A DNA stretch of 64,000 nucleotides from an uncultured Gammaproteobacteria bacterium (GTDB taxonomy: Bacteria > Pseudomonadota > Gammaproteobacteria > HyVt-429), in the NCBI GenBank assembly GCA_947259975.1, contig CAMYOD010000018.1:103629-167628 (forward strand), written 5' to 3'. Shown piece after piece: positions 18,515-27,651 of this stretch. Under the pieces are notes generated by a model, which worked only from the letters and a program-made list of their open reading frames with translations, was not told the origin of the DNA and did not search any database. Made by a program: the position numbers and the translations under genes. Position 1 is the first letter of the stretch. Every line of letters begins with the position of its first letter.

Positions 18515-19963
18515 ATGTGTAACCTAATATATAAGGTAACAAGGAACCGACTTTTCACGCTCATCTTCGTTGCCCTGCTGGCGAGTTGGGGCGCGACGGC
18601 CGGCGCGCAGGGCTACCAGCTCGAGCTGGCGAGCGATGCGGCGACGGAATTGACCCTGGCGGTGGGCAAATCGGAGATCCTGCGCACGCCCCAGCGACTC
18701 GGACAGGTGGTGGTTGGTAATCCAGAGATCGCGGACGTTAAATTGCTTTCCTCTCGGCAGATCCTGATCCTCGGCAAAGAACCGGGTCAAACCAATCTGG
18801 TCTTGCGTGATAAGGGCAAAAAGCTGGTGGCTCTCATCGATCTTGTCGTCGGCTTTGATATCAATGCCATAAAACGCAAGATCCACGACGTCTTGCCGGG
18901 CGAAGACCATCTCGAGGTTCGCGCCTCGAACGATTCGATCGTCTTGTCGGGTGATGTTTCGAGTGCTTTGGCAATGGAGAGCGCGCTGGCGGTTGCGAAA
19001 AGCTATGCCGGCAAGAAGGTGATCAACTCCACACGGGTCGGCGGCGGGCAGCAGGTATTACTGGAAGCGCGGATCGCCGAAATCGCTCGATCGTCCCTCA
19101 AGGAACTCGGTGCCGAAACCGCGTACCAGGACCTCACGTTCAATCCGGATGGCACCGTCAAGGAAGGGACCAACGCATTTACGGGTCTTTTTCCGATCAA
19201 TCCTTTCGGGATAATCGAATACTTCGGTTCCGATGCCAATGTCCGTCTATCGGGCCTCGAGACCCTCGGTTTGGCGAAGATACTTGCGGAACCCAACCTG
19301 GTGGCGTTGTCGGGCCAGGAGGCGGAGTTTCTGGTCGGCGGCGAATTTCCGGTGCCGGTGGCGCAAAGCGGTACGCTGACCAACGTTATCACGGTGGTGT
19401 TCAAGGAGTTTGGCATCGGCCTGCGGTTTACGCCCACGGTGCTTAGCAGCCGCAAGATCAACCTGAAGCTCAAGGCGGAGGTTTCCGCGATCGATACCTC
19501 CACCAGCTTCGTAAGTGAAGTGAGCGGCATCAATATCGGTATCCCCGGTATTTCGACCCGGCGCGCCAGCACCACTGTCGAATTGGGTGACGGTCAGAGT
19601 TTCGCCATCGCCGGTCTGCTGCAAAATGATATCGAAAATGTCATCGATCAACTTCCGGGGCTCGGTAATCTTCCGGTGCTCGGTGCACTGTTCCGTAGCA
19701 CGGAATTTCAGCGTCAGGAGACCGAGCTGGTTATCGTGGTGACGCCGCGTCTGGTCAAGCCGGTACCCGCGGGTACCCTGGCGCTGCCCACTGACGGCTA
19801 TCTCCCACCCACCGATATCGATCAATATTTGCTCGGCCGTCTCGAGGGCAGGTTGCCTGAGCCCGCCGAGACCGCCACGGAAGGGGACGAGCCCGCGGCG
19901 CCGGCAGCGAGCGCCGAGTCCGCCAAGGGCGGGCTCGAGGGTTCGTTTGGTCATCAGCTTTAA
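18515..19963 (+). CDS. cpaC: Tad secretin CpaC/RcpA
   Basis: It has a signal peptide, a BON-like region, and the secretin core (EPNLVALSGQEAEFLVGGEFPVPV ... PGLGNLPVLGALFRS). Confidence 0.9.
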   Translation: MCNLIYKVTRNRLFTLIFVALLASWGATAGAQGYQLELASDAATELTLAVGKSEILRTPQRLGQVVVGNPEIADVKLLSSRQILILGKEPGQTNLVLRDKGKKLVALIDLVVGFDINAIKRKIHDVLPGEDHLEVRASNDSIVLSGDVSSALAMESALAVAKSYAGKKVINSTRVGGGQQVLLEARIAEIARSSLKELGAETAYQDLTFNPDGTVKEGTNAFTGLFPINPFGIIEYFGSDANVRLSGLETLGLAKILAEPNLVALSGQEAEFLVGGEFPVPVAQSGTLTNVITVVFKEFGIGLRFTPTVLSSRKINLKLKAEVSAIDTSTSFVSEVSGINIGIPGISTRRASTTVELGDGQSFAIAGLLQNDIENVIDQLPGLGNLPVLGALFRSTEFQRQETELVIVVTPRLVKPVPAGTLALPTDGYLPPTDIDQYLLGRLEGRLPEPAETATEGDEPAAPAASAESAKGGLEGSFGHQL

Positions 19964-19979
19964 GTCAGAGGGTGTGCAA

Positions 19980-20243
19980 ATGATTAACAGACTAACAACG
20001 TTATTTTCGGGTCTGCTCTTGGCTACGGGGTGTACCTATATCCCGCAGACGTCCATGGACCCGGATTTCGGTAATGCGGTGAAAACGAATATCGCGGCGC
20101 AGACCATCGACCCCAATGCCGGGCAACAGGATCAGCCGGCCGCCGCATTGGATGGCCAGAAGTCCGAGCAGGTACTGAAAAATTACCGCAAGGAAAAGGG
20201 CAAAGTCCAACGGGGCAAGCTCATCATCGATTTGGGTGACTGA
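19980..20243 (+). CDS. Small lipoprotein in the CpaD/RcpB position (possibly DUF3613-like)
   Basis: It has the lipobox LLLATGC and is 87 aa. The SD AGAGGG lies upstream. Confidence 0.6.
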   Translation: MINRLTTLFSGLLLATGCTYIPQTSMDPDFGNAVKTNIAAQTIDPNAGQQDQPAAALDGQKSEQVLKNYRKEKGKVQRGKLIIDLGD

Positions 20244-20334
20244 TCGGCCGCACGAGGCCGTCGACCGCGACCATACGGCGGCGTGTGCGGCAGCTGATCG
20301 ATCATCCTGACCATCAAGCGTCAATAGGGGAACA

Positions 20335-21528
20335 ATGCAAACGGATCTCAAAGTCATCGCCGTATTCAGCAACGATAAGACCCGTCGACAGATGGAGGGA
20401 ATTCTTTCGGCTCTGGAGGGTATTAATCTCACGGTGCGTAATCCGTCGGAAAAAAGGCCTCTGAGTGGTATCGGGGCGGACGAATTACCGGATGTCGTGA
20501 TCATGGAACTCGATGGGCATCGCGAGCAGGACCTGGCGGATATCGAGGATATCCTTAATGCTTATGGCAATCGCATCGCGGTATTCGCCACCTATGCCGA
20601 TATCGACATGGATACCATGCGTCGCCTGATGCGCGCGGGCGTACGCGATGTGTTTCCACAGCCGGTAGAACGTCAGGATGTGCTCATGGGTATGTCCGGC
20701 GTGTTGTCCGACAAGCGCATCCGTACCAAACGTGCCCAGGGCCCCCGTGGCGGTGTTACCGCATTTCTCAACGCCAAGGGCGGCAGTGGTTCGACGACAT
20801 TGGCGGTCAACGTCGCCCATACCCTGGCGGTGGAACACAAAGCCGATGTGGCGTTGATCGATCTCGATCTGCAGTTTGGCGGTTCGGCGATGCTGTTTGA
20901 TCTCGCGCCCCGCGCCACGGTCATGGATGCACTGTTACAGCCGGATCGGATCGACCCGGTATTCGTGCAGGCACTGATGACTCAACATAAGAGTGGCCTG
21001 GATATCCTGGCATCACCCGGCGACCTCAGCTCGGTTGAGGGCATCTCCGAATACGGTATCCAGCAGGTCATTAAGGCAGTCGTTGAAAACTACGAATTCG
21101 TGATCCTGGATGTGCCACGCTTGTTCATGCCCTGGACCATCGCGGCGATGAAGACCGCCGAACCGATCATGTTGGTGATTCAAAATACACTTGCAACGAT
21201 CCGCGATGCCAGAGTCGTTCTCGATGCCTTGCCGGTGATGGGCATCTCGCTGCGCAACATCGAGCTGGTGAACAATCGCGCAATGACTAAATCGAGCAGT
21301 GTGCCGATCGATAAATTGAAGGAAACCCTGAAAAAAGAGCGTGTGCATCGCGTACGTAACGGCTATGCCGCGGCGGTCCGGGCGCAGGACGAGGGCGTGC
21401 CGATCTCCGAAATCTCGAAGCGCTCCGAAATCGTCAATGATATTCAATCGCTGGCTAACTATCTTGTCCGAACCCATCGCGGTGAAGAGGAAGAGGAGAA
21501 GCCGGCGAAGCGGTGGTTCGGGTCGTAG
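20335..21528 (+). CDS. cpaE: CpaE/TadZ: receiver-like N-domain plus ParA/MinD-type ATPase
   Basis: It carries AKGGSGSTTLAVNVAH (deviant Walker A) after a CheY-like N-terminal domain that lacks an obvious phospho-acceptor context. Confidence 0.85.
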   Translation: MQTDLKVIAVFSNDKTRRQMEGILSALEGINLTVRNPSEKRPLSGIGADELPDVVIMELDGHREQDLADIEDILNAYGNRIAVFATYADIDMDTMRRLMRAGVRDVFPQPVERQDVLMGMSGVLSDKRIRTKRAQGPRGGVTAFLNAKGGSGSTTLAVNVAHTLAVEHKADVALIDLDLQFGGSAMLFDLAPRATVMDALLQPDRIDPVFVQALMTQHKSGLDILASPGDLSSVEGISEYGIQQVIKAVVENYEFVILDVPRLFMPWTIAAMKTAEPIMLVIQNTLATIRDARVVLDALPVMGISLRNIELVNNRAMTKSSSVPIDKLKETLKKERVHRVRNGYAAAVRAQDEGVPISEISKRSEIVNDIQSLANYLVRTHRGEEEEEKPAKRWFGS

Positions 21529-21560
21529 CCACGAATCCGGCCTGACGAGGAGTAAAAAAT

Positions 21561-22916
21561 ATGGCAACGCGAGGTGACCGAGACCGATTTGAGCGTGGCC
21601 CGGCCGCGCGGGACGAGGACGCCCTGACACGGCCCAGGTCGGTGTCCGAGATGCAGAAGATCAAGGCGCAGATCCATCATCAGTTGTTGAATCGGATCAA
21701 TCTCAATCTCATTGAACAATTGGACCACGAGTCCGTGCGCCGACAGATCGCGGAAGTCGTGCACCAACTGTTCGACGAATTGAGTGTACCGCTGAACGCA
21801 GAAGAGCGGCGGCGCATGGCGGCCGAGATCCAGGACGAGATCCTCGGGTTGGGTCCACTGGAACCGCTGCTGGCGGATTCCTCCCTCTCCGACATCCTGG
21901 TCAATACCTATCGCCAGGTCTACGTTGAGCGCCGCGGCGTGTTGGAGAAAGCCAGCGCCACGTTCCAAAGCGATGACCATCTCATGCGCATCATCGACAA
22001 GATCGCCACGAGCGTGGGTCGCCGGGTGGACGAGTCCTCGCCCATGGTCGACGCTCGTTTGGCGGACGGTTCCCGCGTCAATGCCATTATCCCGCCCATT
22101 GCCGTCGATGGACCGATTCTGTCGATTCGTAAGTTCAGCGTCGATCCTTATCTGATGAGCGACCTGGAGGGCTTCAAAAGCCTCAGCCCGGCCATGGCGG
22201 AATTTCTCGCCGCGGCGGTACGCGCGCGGATGAACATCATGATCACCGGCGGCACCGGTAGCGGTAAGACGACCTTACTGAATGCCATGTCGGGCTACAT
22301 ACCGCATACCGAACGCATCATCACCATCGAGGACTCCGCGGAATTGCAGCTGCAACAACCGCACGTCGTGCGCCTCGAAACGCGTCCGCCGAATATCGAA
22401 GGGCGCGGCGAAATAACCCAGCGCGAATTGGTCAAAAACGCCCTGCGCATGCGGCCCGATCGCATTATCGTCGGCGAGGTGCGTGGTGCTGAGGCGTTGG
22501 ACATGTTACAGGCGATGAACACCGGTCATGACGGTTCGCTTACCACGATACATGCGAACGGACCCCGCGACGGCCTCACTCGCCTCGAGCATATGGTGGG
22601 CATCAGCGGCGTAACCATTCCCGCCCTGGTGGTGCGCCAGCAAATCGCCGCCGCGCTCAATCTCCTGGTCGATGTAGAGCGGTTGGTCGATGGACGTCGT
22701 GTGATCACGAGTATCCAGGAGTTGACCGGTATGGAAGAAAACGTCGTCAATATGCAGGAGATCTTCAACTTCGAACGCAAGACCGTGGATACCCATGGGC
22801 ACGTCGTCGGCGCGTTCCGTGCGACAGGTATTCGTCCGATCATGCTAAAGCGGTTTCGTGAGCGCGGTATCGCGCTTGATGACGAGCTATTCAATCCGGA
22901 AACGGTCTACGAGTAA
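21561..22916 (+). CDS. cpaF: Tad pilus secretion ATPase CpaF/TadA
   Basis: It has Walker [14 protein letters not shown], Asp box, Walker B and His box ([13 protein letters not shown]). Confidence 0.95.
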   Translation: MATRGDRDRFERGPAARDEDALTRPRSVSEMQKIKAQIHHQLLNRINLNLIEQLDHESVRRQIAEVVHQLFDELSVPLNAEERRRMAAEIQDEILGLGPLEPLLADSSLSDILVNTYRQVYVERRGVLEKASATFQSDDHLMRIIDKIATSVGRRVDESSPMVDARLADGSRVNAIIPPIAVDGPILSIRKFSVDPYLMSDLEGFKSLSPAMAEFLAAAVRARMNIMITGGTGSGKTTLLNAMSGYIPHTERIITIEDSAELQLQQPHVVRLETRPPNIEGRGEITQRELVKNALRMRPDRIIVGEVRGAEALDMLQAMNTGHDGSLTTIHANGPRDGLTRLEHMVGISGVTIPALVVRQQIAAALNLLVDVERLVDGRRVITSIQELTGMEENVVNMQEIFNFERKTVDTHGHVVGAFRATGIRPIMLKRFRERGIALDDELFNPETVYE

Positions 22917-22922
22917 CTTACG

Positions 22923-23915
22923 TTGAGTGAATCGCAAAGCATTTTATTGATTTCCATTTTCGCGTTCCTGGCCATCGCGATACTGGTGTACGCCCTTTAT
23001 ATGGTCTTTCAGGGCGGTGTTCTCGAAGGTGAAAGCAAGGTGCAGCGGCGCTTGCGCTCACTGTCGGCCGGCGGCGGACATGGTAAGGAAGTGCTCGATA
23101 CCCTGTTGGCGCGCAAGCAACTCAGCTCGGTGCCGTTCATCAATCGAATACTGTTGCGCATCCCGCGCGCCCATGCGTTGGATCGTTCCCTGGAGCAGGC
23201 CGGCCTGGATCTGAGTGTGATGCGCTACCTGGGTATACAGATAGTGCTTGTGGCCGTCTTTGTCGGTCTCCTGCTTTGGCTGGGTCGGCTGCCGACAGCG
23301 GTCTCCGTCGCGCTCGGCATTCTTGCCGGCATCGTGGTGCCGAATCTCTATGTGGCACGCCGGCAGCGCCAGCGCAAGCAGCGCTTCACACAGCAGTTGC
23401 CCGAGACCCTGGATTTCATCGCACGCAGTCTGCGCGCCGGAAATCCCTTTACGGTGTCGTTAAAGGCGGTGGCGAACGAGTTGCCCGATCCAATCGGTAC
23501 AGAATTTGGCATCACCTTCGATGAGATCAACTACGGTCTCGAGCTCGAGGATGCGCTTTCTAATCTAAGCGAGCGCACCGGCAGCGAGGAAATACAATAT
23601 TTCATCACCGCCGTTTTGATCCAGAAGACCAGCGGCGGCAATCTGGCGGATTTACTTAATCGCATCGCCGAGGTCATGCGCGCACGGGCGACGACTCAGG
23701 GCGAGATCCGTATTCAGGCCGCGGAGATGCGTTTATCGGCACAGATCCTGATCGCCCTGCCATTTCTGCTCGCCGGCGTGATCAGCATCGTCAATCCGGA
23801 ATATCTCCCCAGTCTCATCGGGCACCGGATTGGCCGTGCGATCATTGTGCTGCAAATTATCCTGATGGCCATGGGCTACCTGATCATACGACGTATGGTC
23901 AACTTCCGGATCTGA
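22923..23915 (+). CDS. tadB: Tad platform protein TadB (T2SS F family)
   Basis: It has a polytopic GspF-like domain (LPETLDFIARSLRAGNPF). Confidence 0.85.
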   Translation: MSESQSILLISIFAFLAIAILVYALYMVFQGGVLEGESKVQRRLRSLSAGGGHGKEVLDTLLARKQLSSVPFINRILLRIPRAHALDRSLEQAGLDLSVMRYLGIQIVLVAVFVGLLLWLGRLPTAVSVALGILAGIVVPNLYVARRQRQRKQRFTQQLPETLDFIARSLRAGNPFTVSLKAVANELPDPIGTEFGITFDEINYGLELEDALSNLSERTGSEEIQYFITAVLIQKTSGGNLADLLNRIAEVMRARATTQGEIRIQAAEMRLSAQILIALPFLLAGVISIVNPEYLPSLIGHRIGRAIIVLQIILMAMGYLIIRRMVNFRI

Positions 23916-23926
23916 GGAGCGAAGTC

Positions 23927-24910
23927 GTGGACAGTGTCAGTCGTCTAGTCAGCAGTTTCCTCGGCGCCAATCTCGAGGTCGTGACGCTGGTCATGTTCTA
24001 TGCCGCGTTCACGCTGCTGATGCTCGGTGTATTGCATTGGCTCGCGGGGGGGTTGAGCCCCGCGCAGCGACGCCTGCGGGCCATTTCCAATGCGGAGCGC
24101 CGCGCGGTCCGCGCCGTACATCACGACGGCGAATTTAACGTCAAGTGGCTCGAACCGGCGGCGCGCTTGATCCTGCCGAAAGAGGGTTGGCTGCACTCCG
24201 GTTTGCACAAGCGCCTGGTGCAGGCCGGCTATCGCGGTACCGGCACGCTGTATGTCTTCATGCTCATCAAGCTGGTGTTGGCCATCGTCCTGCCGGGGAT
24301 ACTCCTGATCGCCATATCGGTGACACCGTTCTGGCCCGCCGGCTATCGAGGTCTTCTGATGGTGCTGGTGGTGTTGCTGGCCGGAATCGGCTTCGCCTTG
24401 CCGGATGTGGTGCTGGAAAATCTTATCAAGGAGCGGAATCGTAAATTCACCGAATCGTTCCCGGATGCGCTCGACATGATGGTGGTCTGCGTCGAGGCGG
24501 GGCTGGGGCTGGACGCGGCGATCCAGCGTGTGGGCGACGAGATTGCATTGGCACATCCGGAACTGGCGAGCGAATTTAATCTCCTGAGCCTCGAACTGCG
24601 TGCCGGCAAGAGTCGTGAAGATGCATTACGGTCGCTTGCTGAGCGAATTGGTATCGACAGCGTGCGCACGTTGGCGTCGGTACTGATTCAGGCCGAGCAC
24701 TTCGGCACGAGTATCGGCGGCGCGCTACGTGAACACGCCAGCGAGATGCGGGTCAAGCGAATTCAGATTGCACGCGAGCGCGCGGCCAAGCTTCCGGTTA
24801 AGCTCTTGTTCCCCATCGCGTTCTTCATTTTTCCGGCCCTGTTTCTGATTATTCTCGGGCCGGCGTCCATAAATATCTATCGGGCATTTACGACGGCTTT
24901 CGGGGGCTGA
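23927..24910 (+). CDS. tadC: Tad platform protein TadC (T2SS F family)
   Basis: It carries FPDALDMMVVCVEAGLGLDAAI. It is a paralog of the preceding gene. Confidence 0.85.
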   Translation: MDSVSRLVSSFLGANLEVVTLVMFYAAFTLLMLGVLHWLAGGLSPAQRRLRAISNAERRAVRAVHHDGEFNVKWLEPAARLILPKEGWLHSGLHKRLVQAGYRGTGTLYVFMLIKLVLAIVLPGILLIAISVTPFWPAGYRGLLMVLVVLLAGIGFALPDVVLENLIKERNRKFTESFPDALDMMVVCVEAGLGLDAAIQRVGDEIALAHPELASEFNLLSLELRAGKSREDALRSLAERIGIDSVRTLASVLIQAEHFGTSIGGALREHASEMRVKRIQIARERAAKLPVKLLFPIAFFIFPALFLIILGPASINIYRAFTTAFGG

Positions 24911-24927
24911 GTCGCACGGGGGGTGTC

Positions 24928-26523
24928 ATGAACGTAACTTTTCGAAAAACATCGATTTTCATATGCGCCATGATCGGCTCTGCCTTGGTTACGGCAGGTT
25001 GCGCGCAGACCTACAGCGATGTACGGCCGCTCTACCGTGTCAGTGACCATCGCTCACCGGCTGCCGTTGAGCAGTTGTACCAGACCGGTAAGGCGCATTT
25101 CCAGGCCGGACGCTACGGCAATGCGCTCGAGTCATTCAAGGCGGTCCTGAAACATAATCCGCGGTCGACCGCGGCGTTGAATGCCATTGGTGCGTGTTAC
25201 GACCAGTTGCAGCGTTTTGACATCGCGGTGTCATTCTATTATCGCGCACTCGATCTCGACCCGGATTCGAGCAAGACTTTGAATAACCTCGGCTACTCGC
25301 TGGTGCTGCAGGGGCGGCGCGAGGAGGCCGCCCAGGTACTGCGCATCGCGCTGCAGAAATCGCCGGACGACAAGGCGGTGCAACACAATCTGATGTTGGC
25401 ACAACCCTCACCGCATGCCTTTGCGGCACCAGTTGCGCAGGCCTTGCCGCGAGACGATCAGACATTGCCAACGCGCACGCGCTCGCAACCCGTGCTGACC
25501 TCATCGCCGGGGGCCATCGCCGAGGCGTCGTGGCCCATGCTCGGCGGCGCGGGTGTGCCGCCGGTGGCCGGGGCAGCGGATGGGCGCGTAGCGATGGCCA
25601 CGGCCTATACGCAACCGGTGGCAACCCATCGGCTGGATGCCGGGTATGTGCCCCTGTTTGAATTATTGGGATCTGCGATCGCCGGCAGTGAAGGCCTTCC
25701 GCCGATTGAGGCGGGAGCGATGAGTGCTGCACCGGCCATGGCGTCGGGCGCGGGCCACCGTGCCATGGTATACGCCCTGCTGGGGCCGATCGCCATGACC
25801 GAGGGGACATCCTCGCAGCTGCGCGGCGATCGATCCGTTGCGGCACATGACGGCGGCGCGTTGTTGGGCCCGGGAGTCATCGATGCCTGGGTATCGCCGA
25901 CCGGGCAACCGACGCAATATCTGCCGTTCCTGCCCGTGGTTACGCCGCTGGGTGCGCATCATATGATTGCGAGTAGCGGCATGATTCGGGTTTCCGCGAC
26001 CGCGGTGGTCGCCAGCAATCATCGCCCGCTCGGCATGATCCGCGTCGCGCAGCAGCTCGCACAGCAGCTGGCGATCCCGGTGGCCGTACGGCAGACGCCG
26101 GGGCCGGCTCTAGGGGTCGATCTACAGTCCGTCCTCGGCCACAATGTTGCCGCGTCCCGCTCACCATTCCTGGTCGACCGCGAGGTGCCGCTCTGGACGG
26201 CTGCCACCGGGCAGCGCTTTGAGATCAGTAACGGTAACGGCCTTTCCGGTATGGCCCGCCTGGTGAGCGAAGTAATTGCGCGTTCCGGCGGTTCGGTCAC
26301 ACGCATTGCCAATGCGGATCGCTTCGACTATGTGCAGAGCGCAATCTATTATGCCCCCGGCAGGCGCGCTGCGGCGGAACGCCTGGCGGCGCGGCTGCCG
26401 ATTCCGGTAATCGTGCGCCCGGAGGCAGTTGTACGCCGGGATATTGATCTGCGGTTGTTGCTTGGTAGAGATTTCCTGTCGCATGAAGAGACTATTAGCA
26501 GTTCCCGAGATCGCCGTATCTGA
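24928..26523 (+). CDS. Lipoprotein with N-terminal TPR repeats, a long Ala/Pro/Gly-rich linker and a C-terminal LytR_C-like domain
   Basis: It has the lipobox LVTAGC and TPR repeats (AHFQAGRYGNALESFKAVLKHNPRS...). The C-terminus FEISNGNGLSGMARLVSEVIARSGGSVTRIANADRF resembles LytR_C. Confidence 0.75.
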   Translation: MNVTFRKTSIFICAMIGSALVTAGCAQTYSDVRPLYRVSDHRSPAAVEQLYQTGKAHFQAGRYGNALESFKAVLKHNPRSTAALNAIGACYDQLQRFDIAVSFYYRALDLDPDSSKTLNNLGYSLVLQGRREEAAQVLRIALQKSPDDKAVQHNLMLAQPSPHAFAAPVAQALPRDDQTLPTRTRSQPVLTSSPGAIAEASWPMLGGAGVPPVAGAADGRVAMATAYTQPVATHRLDAGYVPLFELLGSAIAGSEGLPPIEAGAMSAAPAMASGAGHRAMVYALLGPIAMTEGTSSQLRGDRSVAAHDGGALLGPGVIDAWVSPTGQPTQYLPFLPVVTPLGAHHMIASSGMIRVSATAVVASNHRPLGMIRVAQQLAQQLAIPVAVRQTPGPALGVDLQSVLGHNVAASRSPFLVDREVPLWTAATGQRFEISNGNGLSGMARLVSEVIARSGGSVTRIANADRFDYVQSAIYYAPGRRAAAERLAARLPIPVIVRPEAVVRRDIDLRLLLGRDFLSHEETISSSRDRRI

Positions 26524-27445
26524 GGCGCTGTCTAACGCCATTTTTGGTCTGTTATTCCTGGCGCTTGCGGTGATTGTGCTCGCCGGCTGCGCCACCGTCA
26601 CACCCGCAACTGGAGGTGCCGATTCCCCGACGACGGCCGCGCAAACCCTCGCGCAGTTATATGCGCGCGCGGAAGAGGCGCGCGAGCAAGGTCAGTTCCC
26701 GCGCGCGATGCTGTACTACTCGGAAATCCTCAAGCGCGATCCCGACCATCAAAAGGCGCTCACCGGCTTGGGCAAAGCGCACCTGGCGCAGGACGACCCC
26801 GGTGCGGCGATTACCACGCTCAGTCAGGTCGTCAGCACCCATCCACGTAATGCCGAGGCCCGCGAGTGGCGCGGCCTGAGCTACCTTCGCCAGCAGGACT
26901 ACCAAAATGCGCGGGCAGATCTGGAGCGGGCTGTCGAACTGGATCCACAACGTTGGCGCGCGTGGAACGGTCTCGGCTTCATTCACGATCTGGCGCGCGA
27001 AGGTGAGGCGGCCCAGTCGCACTATCGCAAGGCGCTTGCGATTCTGCCGGGCCATCCCTCGGTCATCAACAACCTGGGTTATTCATTGATCATCTCACGC
27101 AAGTATGGTGAGGCTGAGCAGCTGCTGCGCGAAGGACTCAAGACATCAAGTGATTCGAAGCGGATTCGCAATAATCTCGCCATCAGTGTCGCGAGCCAGA
27201 AGCGCTACACTGAGGCGGTTGATATCCTGAGCCAAATCCTTGAAAGTGCAGAAGCGCACAACAATGTCGGTTATCTCGCCATGCTGCACGGCGACCTGGA
27301 GGTGGCCAAGATGCACTTCGAAACCGCTCTTAAATTGAGCCCGAAATTCTACGCCCGAGCGGCCGAAAATCTCGACGAAGTGCAACGTCGTTTCGACCAG
27401 CGCGCCACAAATTCTGATGCCACGAAGAGCCCAGCAAGCCCTTGA
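26483..27445 (+). CDS. TPR-repeat lipoprotein (TadD-like)
   Basis: It has the lipobox VLAGC and at least 5 TPR units. The start is uncertain and overlaps the end of the preceding gene. Confidence 0.7.
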   Translation: MKRLLAVPEIAVSEALSNAIFGLLFLALAVIVLAGCATVTPATGGADSPTTAAQTLAQLYARAEEAREQGQFPRAMLYYSEILKRDPDHQKALTGLGKAHLAQDDPGAAITTLSQVVSTHPRNAEAREWRGLSYLRQQDYQNARADLERAVELDPQRWRAWNGLGFIHDLAREGEAAQSHYRKALAILPGHPSVINNLGYSLIISRKYGEAEQLLREGLKTSSDSKRIRNNLAISVASQKRYTEAVDILSQILESAEAHNNVGYLAMLHGDLEVAKMHFETALKLSPKFYARAAENLDEVQRRFDQRATNSDATKSPASP

Positions 27446-27651
27446 AATCCCGGCCCAGGCAACCACGGGGCAGCGATCGGCAGCCCGATTCCACGGCTGG
27501 CAATCTGGATTATCTGATCTACGCTTATAGGAGAATTCGCGCCCTATGGCACCACGACGCACCACTCGCGCCCACGGAGCCGAACGAAGCTCCGGCGCCG
27601 AATGATAAGCCGGACCATTACTCGCATCAGGAACCAACGGACGAACAGGAC

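Noticed and set aside
25400-26100. Possible DNA tandem repeats or a hidden gene in the Ala/Pro/Gly-rich middle of the TPR-LytR_C gene
   Set aside because: I found no periodic nucleotide repeat. The long antisense and alternative-frame ORFs here (for example 25136-25846 minus) are compositional artefacts of a low-complexity linker.
27442-27651. N-terminal 70-aa extension of the AAA+ ORF that would overlap the TPR gene stop
   Set aside because: The extension is Pro/Arg/Asp-rich and low in complexity, with no structure signal. The ATG at 27652 gives a protein starting just before the winged-helix region. The true start remains uncertain.
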